A stretch of 64,000 nt of DNA from Pyrinomonadales bacterium (lineage in GTDB: Bacteria; Acidobacteriota; Blastocatellia; Pyrinomonadales; Pyrinomonadaceae): positions 5,243-69,242 of the forward strand of contig JBBRQM010000004.1 of the NCBI GenBank assembly GCA_038226395.1, read 5' to 3'. The position numbers and the translations under genes were made by a program. Of the stretch, positions 43,726 through 52,185 are shown one piece after another (the first letter of the stretch is position 1; each line of letters opens with the position of its first letter). Below the pieces are notes generated by a model that was given only the letters and a program-made list of their open reading frames with translations, searched no databases and was not told the origin of the DNA.

Positions 43726-45144
43726 TTACCCAATAGTGTTTTCGATAAGGTCATTAACCCTTGATTCGACTATTTGTCGGATAGGGCTGAGATTGGCTTG
43801 TGAATCCGCCTCGAAACGAAGCACGAGCAGCGCTTGAGTGTTTGACGCTCGCACCAATCCCCAGCCGTGCTCAAAAATGATTCGTGCGCCGTCTATGGTG
43901 ATGACCTCGTGATCGTGGGCAAAGTATTCTGCGATCCTGGTGACAACATCGAATTTTGTTTCATCGGGGCAATCGACGCGGAGTTCCGGAGTGGAAAACG
44001 TTTTTGGCAGATCGGCGAGCAACGCGGATAGCGGTTTGTCCGTTTTTGAGAGAATTTCGAGCAGACGAGCACCGGCATAGGTGGCATCGTCAAAGCCGTA
44101 AAAGCGGTCGGCAAAGAAGATATGCCCGCTCATCTCACCGGCGAGAGCGGCTCCGGTCTCCTTAATCTTAGCCTTTATGATCGAGTGCCCGGCCTTCCAC
44201 ATTATGGGTATGCCCCCGCGTTTTTCGATGTCGTCAAAGAGGGTCTGCGAGCATTTGACCTCGGCAATGATCGTCGAACCTGGTCGTTTCGCAAGGATTT
44301 CGCGTGAAAACAAGATCATCAATTCGTCGCCCCAGATGATTCGGCCATTTTCGTCCGTTATGCCGATGCGGTCGCCGTCGCCGTCAAACGCGATGCCGAG
44401 ATCGGCGTGTGTTTCCCGCACGGCGGCGATCATATCCTGTAAATTTTCCGTTATCGTCGGGTCTGGGTGATGGTTTGGAAATGTCGAGTCGGGTTTGGTA
44501 AAAAGCTCAACCATCTCGATGCCGAGTTCGCGGTAAACCGGCACGGCAGTGACGCCGCCCATGCCGTTGCCGGCGTCGATGACAACTTTTAGCCGCCGGC
44601 TGCCTAGATCGATACGCGAGACAATGTCGCGGCAATAATCGTTCAGAACATCAAGTGATTCAACAGAACCGTGAGACTGGCCGCCCGCTGCTCCCACCAC
44701 CCCGGCCTTCGGCCACCCCTCCTCAGGCAGGAGGGGAGCAGGCGGTCCTGACAAGGCTATCTCCTTTATTTCCTGTATTTGCGAGCCAAAAAGCGTCGAT
44801 TTGCCGAGACATATCTTAAAACCATTGTGATCGGGCGGATTATGCGAGCCGGTGATCATCACGCCGCCGTCAACCGGCATTGTGAAAACCGCGTGATACA
44901 AAACAGGCGTCGGCACCATTCCAATCAATACTACATCACAGCCGGTTTCGTTCAATCCGTGCATCAGCAGCTCGCAAAATCGCGGACTGCTCGCGCGGGC
45001 GTCATATCCGATGGCGATCCTTTTCGCGTTGTTTTGCCGAAAAAAAGTGCCTATCGCTCGTCCCAATACATCGACTGTTTCATCGGTGAGTTGCCGACCG
45101 ACAATGCCGCGAATATCGTATTCCCTGAAAATATTTGAATCCAT
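43726..45144 (-). CDS. phosphomannomutase/phosphoglucomutase
   Basis: Active-site loop TGSHNPPDHNGFK, metal-binding FDGDGDR and GEMSGH. It carries an in-frame repeat insertion (listed separately). Confidence 0.9.
   Translation of the reverse strand: MDSNIFREYDIRGIVGRQLTDETVDVLGRAIGTFFRQNNAKRIAIGYDARASSPRFCELLMHGLNETGCDVVLIGMVPTPVLYHAVFTMPVDGGVMITGSHNPPDHNGFKICLGKSTLFGSQIQEIKEIALSGPPAPLLPEEGWPKAGVVGAAGGQSHGSVESLDVLNDYCRDIVSRIDLGSRRLKVVIDAGNGMGGVTAVPVYRELGIEMVELFTKPDSTFPNHHPDPTITENLQDMIAAVRETHADLGIAFDGDGDRIGITDENGRIIWGDELMILFSREILAKRPGSTIIAEVKCSQTLFDDIEKRGGIPIMWKAGHSIIKAKIKETGAALAGEMSGHIFFADRFYGFDDATYAGARLLEILSKTDKPLSALLADLPKTFSTPELRVDCPDETKFDVVTRIAEYFAHDHEVITIDGARIIFEHGWGLVRASNTQALLVLRFEADSQANLSPIRQIVESRVNDLIENTIG
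44681..44745. repeat. in-frame multi-stem GC-rich element inside the PMM/PGM gene
   Basis: CCGCC..TGCTCC pairs with GGAGCAGGCGG as an outer stem. Inner hairpins are GGCC-TTC-GGCC and CCCCTCCT-CAGGC-AGGAGGGG (44716-44736). It is translated as PPAPLLPEEGWPKAGVVGAAGG. Confidence 0.7.
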
Positions 45145-45318
45145 ATGCTCTGAGATTAGTTAATCTTACGCACGGCCAACGCGCGGCGTAAAGCGAGAAC
45201 CCACGATTAAATGTGTAAAACTGCGATTTTTGCTATACTTTCGATTGCCGTCGGACAACAGCCGGCCCTCGGCTGGCATCGAAAATATGCGTTCATTTTG
45301 CTCCACTAATTTGCGTTT

Positions 45319-46293
45319 ATGAAGAGATCGTTTAGTATCAATTTCCTCTTGTTTTTTCTATTGTCGTTTGCTTTTGCAGCGGCCGTTTCGGCGCAAAAGC
45401 CGACGCCGACGCCTGACGATACCGGGCCGACCAAGGTCTTTGAGGTCCGCCTGCCTGTCACGGTTACGCTCAAAAATCAACTCGTTCCGGGAATGCAGCG
45501 TGGTGATTTTCAGATTTTTGAGGACGGTGTCCAGCAGGAGGTGACATTCTTTTCGGATGAAAAGACAAATCCGGCCGTTTATGTCGGTGTGCTGATGGAT
45601 ACATCGCCATCGACAGTTGGGCAGCTAGGTTTTTCAAAGGAAGCGGCAAAGAATTTTATCGCTACCGTGACCAGGCTCCGCAAGGACAAAGCCGCATTTA
45701 TGACGTTTGATCACGAGATCCTGTTGCGACAGGATTTCACGGATAAGCTCGATCTGCTGAATCGGGCAGTGGACAGTGTCAAAAAGACCGGCTCACAGAC
45801 GGCTCTTTACGACGCGGTCTGGCAATTTTCTGACGAAAAGCTCCGCAGCGTGCCGGGACGCCGCGTGATCGTCGTAATTACGGACGGCGACGATACATTT
45901 AGCCGCGCCGATCTTAAAGATGCGATCGACATAGCCCAGCGAACCGAAACCACCATTTTTGGCATCTCTACAAAGGCCGGTTTTTTGGGAACCGTACCGG
46001 GGGTCGCGGCCGGAACCGTCAAGGATAAAGGCGACAAACTTCTCACCCAATTGTGCGAGGATACCGGCGGCGAGGTGTTTTTTACCGGCGATATGCTGGC
46101 ACTCGAAAGGTCTTTCAAACGAATATCGGATGAGTTGCGGTCGCAATATATTATCACTTACAAGCCTGCTAACCAGAACTACGATGGCAAGACCCGCAAA
46201 ATCGAGGTCCGATTTACCGATGGTGACAAGACAAAGAAATATAAGATCCGCACGAAAACAAGCTATCGTCAGATCCGCGATAATTTGAAATAG
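45319..46293 (+). CDS. VWA domain protein (acidobacterial VWFA-related type), secreted
   Basis: Signal peptide. F.V.E.G..Q.I..F N-terminal block. VWA MIDAS-like segment VLMDTSPS. Confidence 0.8.
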   Translation: MKRSFSINFLLFFLLSFAFAAAVSAQKPTPTPDDTGPTKVFEVRLPVTVTLKNQLVPGMQRGDFQIFEDGVQQEVTFFSDEKTNPAVYVGVLMDTSPSTVGQLGFSKEAAKNFIATVTRLRKDKAAFMTFDHEILLRQDFTDKLDLLNRAVDSVKKTGSQTALYDAVWQFSDEKLRSVPGRRVIVVITDGDDTFSRADLKDAIDIAQRTETTIFGISTKAGFLGTVPGVAAGTVKDKGDKLLTQLCEDTGGEVFFTGDMLALERSFKRISDELRSQYIITYKPANQNYDGKTRKIEVRFTDGDKTKKYKIRTKTSYRQIRDNLK

Positions 46294-46300
46294 GAATTTT

Positions 46301-47374
46301 ATGAAGTTTTTGAGGTATAAAATCTTATTTTTGATTACGGCAGTCGCGACAGCCGGTGTGTTGTTGTTTGGCTATTCGCATTCTAGAGCACAGCAAACGA
46401 CATCGAACACGACCACGGCTACACCAACACCGACGCCTAAAGACGAAGACGAGGTAATAAAGGTCGATACTGAGGTCGTCAATGTCCTCTTTACCGCGCA
46501 GGATGCGCGCCGCCGTCTGCTGACCGATCTAAAACAGGGAGACATCAGCATTCTCGAAGACGGCAAGCCGCAGACGATAACGGCATTCTCACGACAGGTC
46601 GATCTGCCGCTCAGCCTTGCCATTTTGATAGATGTGAGCGCGTCGCAGGAACGGACTCTGCCCGAGGAAAAGGCCGCCGCGATCTCGTTTATCGAAACTG
46701 TCGTCCGCCCATCAAAAGATGAGGTTTCGGTCATCTCTTTTACAGGTGAATCAACCCTCGAACAAGGTATGACAAATAATCTGCCGCGGCTCCGCCGTTC
46801 GATCGAACGCATTCGTTTTGTCGCTCCGTCAGGCTATATCGGGGGTGGCGTTATTGTCGGCACACCGCCCGCATCGGGTGACAATCAGGCCGTCAGTGGT
46901 TCGACCGCGATTTGGGACGCGATCTGGGTGACATCTGACGAGATTCTCGGCCCCGCACCCGAAAAGACACGGCGGGCGATCATTTTGCTTTCGGACGGAG
47001 TTAACACTTTTGGCAAGAAAAAGCTCGATGATGCCGTGCGGGCCGCGCTCAAATCCGAGGCGATCATCTACTCGGTCGGGATCGGCGACAATTTTTACAG
47101 CGGCGTTGATAAAGGCACGATGACAAAGATCGCCGAGCGCACCGGCGGCCGGGCCTATTTTCCGCGTGATGAAAAAGACCTGCGCGATGCATTCGCGCAG
47201 ATCCAGGAAGAGATGCGTTCGCAATACCTGCTCGCCTACGAACCCTCAAATCAGACCCGCGACGGTTCGTACCGGACAATCGATATCCAACTAACAAATC
47301 CGCAATCGCAAAAAGACAAAGTCAAACTAACCCACCGCCAGGGATATTTCGCCAAAACCTCACAAAAAAAATAA
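46301..47374 (+). CDS. VWA domain protein (acidobacterial VWFA-related type), paralogue of the preceding gene
   Basis: Same architecture (ILIDVSASQ; ILLSDGVNT). In tandem, 7 nt after the previous stop. Confidence 0.8.
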   Translation: MKFLRYKILFLITAVATAGVLLFGYSHSRAQQTTSNTTTATPTPTPKDEDEVIKVDTEVVNVLFTAQDARRRLLTDLKQGDISILEDGKPQTITAFSRQVDLPLSLAILIDVSASQERTLPEEKAAAISFIETVVRPSKDEVSVISFTGESTLEQGMTNNLPRLRRSIERIRFVAPSGYIGGGVIVGTPPASGDNQAVSGSTAIWDAIWVTSDEILGPAPEKTRRAIILLSDGVNTFGKKKLDDAVRAALKSEAIIYSVGIGDNFYSGVDKGTMTKIAERTGGRAYFPRDEKDLRDAFAQIQEEMRSQYLLAYEPSNQTRDGSYRTIDIQLTNPQSQKDKVKLTHRQGYFAKTSQKK

Positions 47375-47382
47375 TCATTCAG

Positions 47383-47457
47383 GTCCCGCCTTTAGTCCGC
47401 CTTTCTTAAACAACCTGCTCAAGCATGGACCCAAAACTAGCCTATTAAAGAAAGGCG
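47383..47457. repeat. word-hairpin element between convergent genes (GTCC(C)GCCTTT x2 ... TTAAAGAAAGGCG)
   Basis: CGCCTTTCTTAA (47398-47409) faces TTAAAGAAAGGCG (47445-47457) with a loop of about 35 nt. Confidence 0.5.
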
Positions 47458-47460
47458 ATG

Positions 47461-49044
47461 TCACCGCGGCGTAAAATTCAAATCGGTCAACTCATTGTTG
47501 ACGCTGACGGTTTGCGGCAAGAATTTGTAACGCTTAGAAGTGATGGAAATGGTCACCGTCTGCCCAGACTCCACGCTGTAGAAACGAAAATAGCCGAACG
47601 GGTTTGTCACCGCCATTCTGATTTCGCCATTCTGAATGGCCATGCTGACCACGACATTCCCCTGCCCCCTGCCGTTTGCGTCCGATACGCGCCCGCCGAT
47701 GAAAACCGATGCTTGCAGCTCAAAGGCGCCGATATCTACTGCGTTGCCGGCTTTGCGCGCGAAGGGCACTCCGCGCTGATCAGTTGTCAAAGCAGCAGCC
47801 AACGCTTGCGAGCATGAATTGTCAAAGACGCAGTTGTCGCCGGCATCTATCGCCGCGCTGCCTGGGGCGAGAGCCATTGTCTGTGTCAGCCCGCCGTTAT
47901 TAGCAAGCGACTGAAGGTTGATCTGCTCAAACGACTTTTGGGTTGCTGAACTGCACGTATTGTCGTCCGCTAGACTGTCTGCTAAGGCTGAAAGCGAGTT
48001 ACTAATGCAATTCCCTCCGGTGTTGCCCGCAACAATCGTGTTTTTAAGGATCGTCGTGCCACCGCCGCCGCTATTGTTGCTTACGCCGCCGCCTCCGTTG
48101 GTGATGAAGAAACCGCCGCTGACGGCCGAATTACCCGAGATCGTGCCGTTAGTGATCCTCATCGTGCCGATCGTGTTATATATGCCGCCGCCTTCATTGT
48201 GGCTGCCGCTGCCGCTTGCGGAATTGCCAAAGAGCGTGCTGTTAACAAGTGTCACGGTTCCACCGTTATTGAAAATGGCTCCGCCGTAATTCTGACCGTT
48301 GTTGTCACCGCTGGCAGTATTCCCGATAAAGGTGCTGCTCGTGATCGTCACGCTGCTGTTGCCAAAATTGTAAATGCCGCCGCCTCGCGCAAATGCGTTG
48401 TTACCACCGCTGACGGAATTGCCGATGAAGGTGCTGCCTGTAATCGTCAGCGAGCCGACATTGAAAATGCCGCCGCCCCAGTTGTCGCCGGTGCTGCCGG
48501 TAGCGGAATTGCCTACGAGCCTGCTATTCGTAATCGTCACTGTGCCATGGTTGTTGTAAATGCCGCCGCCAATGCTGCCGCCGGAGCCGCCGTTGAAATA
48601 CCCATTGGCAATCGTCAAACTGTCAAGCGTCACCGTCGCATTGGTTATAAAAAAAACGCGGCTAGCGCCCGCGCCTGAGATCGTGAGGTTGTTCCTGACT
48701 GGCCCCGTGATGGTCAGATTTTTTGTTATTGATAGCTCACCCAATGTTAAGGTAATTGTCTGTGCGGAATTGAAGAGCGATGAGAACGCTATCGAGTCGC
48801 CAATGTTCGCCGCCGCGATAGCTTCGCGTAAAGAACAATCCACACCCGAATTGCATGTCCCGTTCGTATCCGTCGTTTTTGTCACGGTCAGCACCGCCTC
48901 CGTGTTAAGCTTCGCTGCCGAATCATAAATGCGAATTTTGCCAAATGCCCGGGAGGGCACAAACGCCGTAACGAGCAAAATCAGCGCAACCCAGTTAATC
49001 CCTCTCGCCATGATGTCGCTAATAAAAGCCGACTTATTCCTCAT
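47461..49044 (-). CDS. secreted right-handed beta-helix protein (CSLREAI motif) with C-terminal carboxypeptidase-regulatory-like domain
   Basis: Signal/anchor. DCSLREAIAAAN. Many GGGI[YF]N...T[IV]..S.F.GN repeats. C-terminal IGGRVSDANGRG...FGYFRF. Confidence 0.7.
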   Translation of the reverse strand: MRNKSAFISDIMARGINWVALILLVTAFVPSRAFGKIRIYDSAAKLNTEAVLTVTKTTDTNGTCNSGVDCSLREAIAAANIGDSIAFSSLFNSAQTITLTLGELSITKNLTITGPVRNNLTISGAGASRVFFITNATVTLDSLTIANGYFNGGSGGSIGGGIYNNHGTVTITNSRLVGNSATGSTGDNWGGGIFNVGSLTITGSTFIGNSVSGGNNAFARGGGIYNFGNSSVTITSSTFIGNTASGDNNGQNYGGAIFNNGGTVTLVNSTLFGNSASGSGSHNEGGGIYNTIGTMRITNGTISGNSAVSGGFFITNGGGGVSNNSGGGGTTILKNTIVAGNTGGNCISNSLSALADSLADDNTCSSATQKSFEQINLQSLANNGGLTQTMALAPGSAAIDAGDNCVFDNSCSQALAAALTTDQRGVPFARKAGNAVDIGAFELQASVFIGGRVSDANGRGQGNVVVSMAIQNGEIRMAVTNPFGYFRFYSVESGQTVTISITSKRYKFLPQTVSVNNELTDLNFTPR

Positions 49045-49117
49045 TTTTCACTTTCCCACTTAGCTCAGGCCTGTGCCGGTGAAGCTGATGTTTTCGCTCA
49101 ATGACACTTATGCGCAA

Positions 49118-49465
49118 TTAGCTTTTAACGTTTGCTGCGATAATAATAAGCACAACAAACAATGCGATAAAACCAAGCGTAATAATAGTTCCTCTGGAAA
49201 GATTATTTCCTTTTACTTGTTTTACCTGTGGATATAGAACAGGAATAGGTTGGCCCGTTTTTGAATCCATAATGACAAACTGATCGGAGCTGATTTCTGT
49301 TACATAACCCTTAAGTTTTGTCCCGTCTTTTAGTTTGATCTCTATTTTTGCATCTGGGCCAGTGCCGAGCTTGGCTATGCCGGCTTTGACCTTTTCTGCA
49401 AATTTTGCTTCATTTTCATTGTTTCCCGAAGCAAAAGCGGAAGGAGCTATAGATAAATTTAACAA
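49118..49465 (-). CDS. small secreted/membrane-anchored protein, paralogue 1 (start uncertain)
   Basis: Shares ASGNNE[NK]EAKFAEKVK...LYPQVKQVKGNNLS plus a C-terminal TM helix with the upstream gene. The ORF-track TTG start would truncate the signal peptide. The in-frame sequence back to the upstream stop has no ATG/GTG. Confidence 0.6.
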   Translation of the reverse strand: MLNLSIAPSAFASGNNENEAKFAEKVKAGIAKLGTGPDAKIEIKLKDGTKLKGYVTEISSDQFVIMDSKTGQPIPVLYPQVKQVKGNNLSRGTIITLGFIALFVVLIIIAANVKS

Positions 49466-49501
49466 AAGAGCGAATACTGTCAGTAAGTTGCGGATATTAG
49501 A

Positions 49502-49885
49502 TTACTTAAGGCTATTACCGGCAATTACAATAAGTAAAATTAACACTCCTAAACCTATCAAAATCGCTACACCTGTCGAGAGATTATTTCCTTTTACTTG
49601 TTTTACCTGTGGATATAGAACAGAAACTGTTTGACCCGTCTTTGAATTCATCATGACAAATTGATCTGCTTCGATATCCTTGATATAACCTTCGATGTTT
49701 GTTCCGTCTTTTAGTTTGAGTTTAACTTTGGCCTCCGGGCCTGTGCCAAGTTTGGTTATCTCGGTTTTAACCTTTTCTGCAAACTTCGCTTCTTTTTCAT
49801 TGTTTCCAGAAGCAAGAGCGAACGGAGATATTGCTATATTTAATAACAGAGTTGATAAACCCATTAAAATGACTTTCTTTAACAT
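49502..49885 (-). CDS. small secreted/membrane-anchored protein, paralogue 2
   Basis: ATG at 49885 is preceded by AGGAG. Signal peptide MLKKVILMGLSTLLLNIAISPFALA and a C-terminal TM helix. Confidence 0.7.
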   Translation of the reverse strand: MLKKVILMGLSTLLLNIAISPFALASGNNEKEAKFAEKVKTEITKLGTGPEAKVKLKLKDGTNIEGYIKDIEADQFVMMNSKTGQTVSVLYPQVKQVKGNNLSTGVAILIGLGVLILLIVIAGNSLK

Positions 49886-49904
49886 TTTTTCTCCTTGTGA
49901 TTTT

Positions 49905-51176
49905 TTAGAAATGGAAGTTGAATTTATCAGAAATGGCTGGATCCCGGATAAATCCTGCATTATTGATCGGATTGTTTGCTTCACCGATATTTATGCGGGT
50001 ATTTGCGTATGTTCCGCCCTGATCTTGAAATTTTTCAATAACACATTCATAAAATAATTGATCTGCTAGAAGCAGATAACTAAGATAAGTCAAATAACTT
50101 ATTCGATGATAATAATAGTAATCAAGATAAATGCTAGAATAAGTCGCATTTATTACATACTGAGGGAATAAAGGGTGATTATTTGGATTATAAACGTATG
50201 TTGAGTGCTTTGAGCGTGACAACCCAAGTAGAATATGATTATTAAAATCACGAGCGGGTATTATGTTGAAAAAATAGCTGTGGTCAAAAAACGTATCTTC
50301 ATGAGCGGCAGTATAAAGGTTATAGACTTTATACGCCTGAGGATTCAGATCGTATGTGCCATTTACAATCGGGGCCGCCACCAATATTGCCGAGCGCTCA
50401 TTATCAAGCGGGTGACTTCCCAGCTGATTGACAATAAATGGAACTATACAAAGACCGCCGCTGACCAGCCCGTCATCTCTATTCCACAAAGTAAAATAAT
50501 CGATTTGAATCAAACCATATGGAATGCCGTCATTTCCATATTGCAGCCGCAAAGGGGTGACACGAAAATAGCTGATCGGCGGCGTTGCTCCGAATACCTG
50601 ATTGACCGTTTCCGGGACGGAATTGTTAAATGTCGCAAAACCCGTCCCTTCCTGCTCTCCGCCTGAAACGTGATAAGAGGGCGTAAATCCATCAGCCAGA
50701 TTAGTTTCAAAACTATCGGGCAATCCGTCGATATCCGCGTCAACCGGAGGCGGTGGCGAATCCTCATTACAGCTATTACAAGGCTGCGCTGGGCTAACCG
50801 AGCGATCCGGTCCAAATGAGACTGTGTAAATTCTGGTTGCATTTGCACTCCCGTCTGCAAAATATCCCGCTCCGTTTACAAAGGATAAGTTTGTATTTAC
50901 CGGCGAGCTGCCTGGCGGTGTTTGTGCCATCGCATCATTTAATATTGACTGGAACTGATCGTTGGTATCCGATTTTTCTGCTTCTGAAAGACTATTCCAG
51001 GCATTTCTTCTTTCATCGGTTGACCCGACAACAGCATCTGAAGGAATCGGATACAATTCGGCTCCTCCGGAATTAAAAGCGTTGTTTGACTGAGCCAATA
51101 TTAATCGGGGGGGGGGGGTAAGTATTGTAAATAGGAGGCTTAGCGTAATACTGATTTTCAAAATATAGTGTTTCAT
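49905..51176 (-). CDS. secreted hypothetical protein (424 aa) with poly-C tract in the signal-peptide region
   Basis: Start taken at MKHYILKISITLSLLF (51176). The longer 521-aa ORF overlaps the neighbouring gene. Contains the acidic motif DADIDGLPDSFE. The C-terminal half is Tyr/Asn-rich. The gene is AT-rich. Confidence 0.65.
   Translation of the reverse strand: MKHYILKISITLSLLFTILTPPPRLILAQSNNAFNSGGAELYPIPSDAVVGSTDERRNAWNSLSEAEKSDTNDQFQSILNDAMAQTPPGSSPVNTNLSFVNGAGYFADGSANATRIYTVSFGPDRSVSPAQPCNSCNEDSPPPPVDADIDGLPDSFETNLADGFTPSYHVSGGEQEGTGFATFNNSVPETVNQVFGATPPISYFRVTPLRLQYGNDGIPYGLIQIDYFTLWNRDDGLVSGGLCIVPFIVNQLGSHPLDNERSAILVAAPIVNGTYDLNPQAYKVYNLYTAAHEDTFFDHSYFFNIIPARDFNNHILLGLSRSKHSTYVYNPNNHPLFPQYVINATYSSIYLDYYYYHRISYLTYLSYLLLADQLFYECVIEKFQDQGGTYANTRINIGEANNPINNAGFIRDPAISDKFNFHF
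51107..51118 (-). repeat. homopolymeric tract, G12 on plus strand (C12 on the coding strand)
   Basis: Counted directly from the sequence. It encodes T-P-P-P-R within the signal peptide. Confidence 0.95.
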
Positions 51177-51337
51177 TTTTTGTTGGAAGTCTAGATTTTG
51201 TTTTCGAATGTCAATTGTATAGGAGTGGTCAAAAAAAGTCAATTCAGCGAAATGTAATGTTATAGTGAGTTGGCTAGTTGAGCCGCACTGATTGATTATC
51301 AAATTAATAAAACGGGGAGCAAATAATGATTTCCAAT

Positions 51338-51856
51338 CTATTTTTGGTTTCCTCTTTGTTTTGCGAGAAGACTGGTTTTTTTTCCGCGCCGGTATTTTTG
51401 GGGGTCGAGGTTCGGCTCCATTTTCCAATCCGTGTCGGCAAAATGATCGTCGGCCTTGATCAGGAGCCAATTTTTTTCTTCCCGGTGGATCTTGACGAGA
51501 GCAAATTCGCCGCGAAGTTTTAGGCCAAAAAATGTGATGGCAAGTTTGCCTTTTTCAAACTGTTTTTCGGGATCGCTCTTAGTTTCATAATGGCCGTCAT
51601 CCCAGATGCGGACCTCTCCCGCGCCGTAATTTCCCTCGGCAATAGTGCCCTCGAAACTTCCATAAGCTATCGAGTGATCGCCGACGGCAACTGCTAATCG
51701 CTTGTCGTGAGGATTTAGCGACGGCCCTTTGGGCACCGCCCACGACTTAAAAACGCTGCCCATCTCGAGCCGCATATCCCAATGCAGCCGCGTCGCATGA
51801 TGCTCGTGAATCACAAAACGCTTTCGTATAATTCGATCCGAATACACGGCCATCAC
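51338..51856 (-). CDS. stand-alone LigD-type 3'-phosphoesterase domain protein
   Basis: FVIHEHHATRLHWDMRLE...WAVPKGPS...GEVRIWD is the LigD PE domain signature. No ligase, polymerase or Ku gene is adjacent. Confidence 0.85.
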   Translation of the reverse strand: MMAVYSDRIIRKRFVIHEHHATRLHWDMRLEMGSVFKSWAVPKGPSLNPHDKRLAVAVGDHSIAYGSFEGTIAEGNYGAGEVRIWDDGHYETKSDPEKQFEKGKLAITFFGLKLRGEFALVKIHREEKNWLLIKADDHFADTDWKMEPNLDPQKYRRGKKTSLLAKQRGNQK

Positions 51857-51861
51857 AACTA

Positions 51862-52185
51862 TTACTTGATTTCCAAAACACCAGAAACCGTACCTTTCTC
51901 GATGATATTTAGCAAACCTGGGATAAGTGCTTCAAGGGTTTCCAGCTTATTGTTAAACCCGCGAAGAATGAAGATCGTGACCGCTGATTTATCCAGATTT
52001 TGCTGTTTTGGCAGGTTTCTGTCCATGGTGACAAATCCCTCAAAACCCGCAAGCGTCATCAATCCAAGCAATTCACCGTTCTTCTTACCTTGCCAGTTCA
52101 TTTCTCGTGCAGAGGAGACGTCGTGACTAGGACCAAAACTTTCTTTGAGCTTGAGAGGCAGGTTTTCGTCAATTAAGATTTTCAT
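51862..52185 (-). CDS. DUF5615 (PIN-like / Mut7-C-like) putative toxin
   Basis: MKILIDENLPLKL N-terminus. It overlaps the upstream DUF433 gene by 17 nt. Confidence 0.7.
   Translation of the reverse strand: MKILIDENLPLKLKESFGPSHDVSSAREMNWQGKKNGELLGLMTLAGFEGFVTMDRNLPKQQNLDKSAVTIFILRGFNNKLETLEALIPGLLNIIEKGTVSGVLEIK

Noticed and set aside
47918-48928. Plus-strand ORFs (PPP/LLL-rich) opposite the beta-helix gene
   Set aside because: They are products of reading the GGN/NGG-rich repeat gene in antisense. The minus-strand frame has a signal peptide and coherent beta-helix repeats.
51177-51470. N-terminal extension of the poly-C gene to a 521-aa ORF
   Set aside because: The extension overlaps the 3' end of the LigD-PE gene and has no signal peptide. 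The internal ATG at 51176 yields a proper signal peptide.
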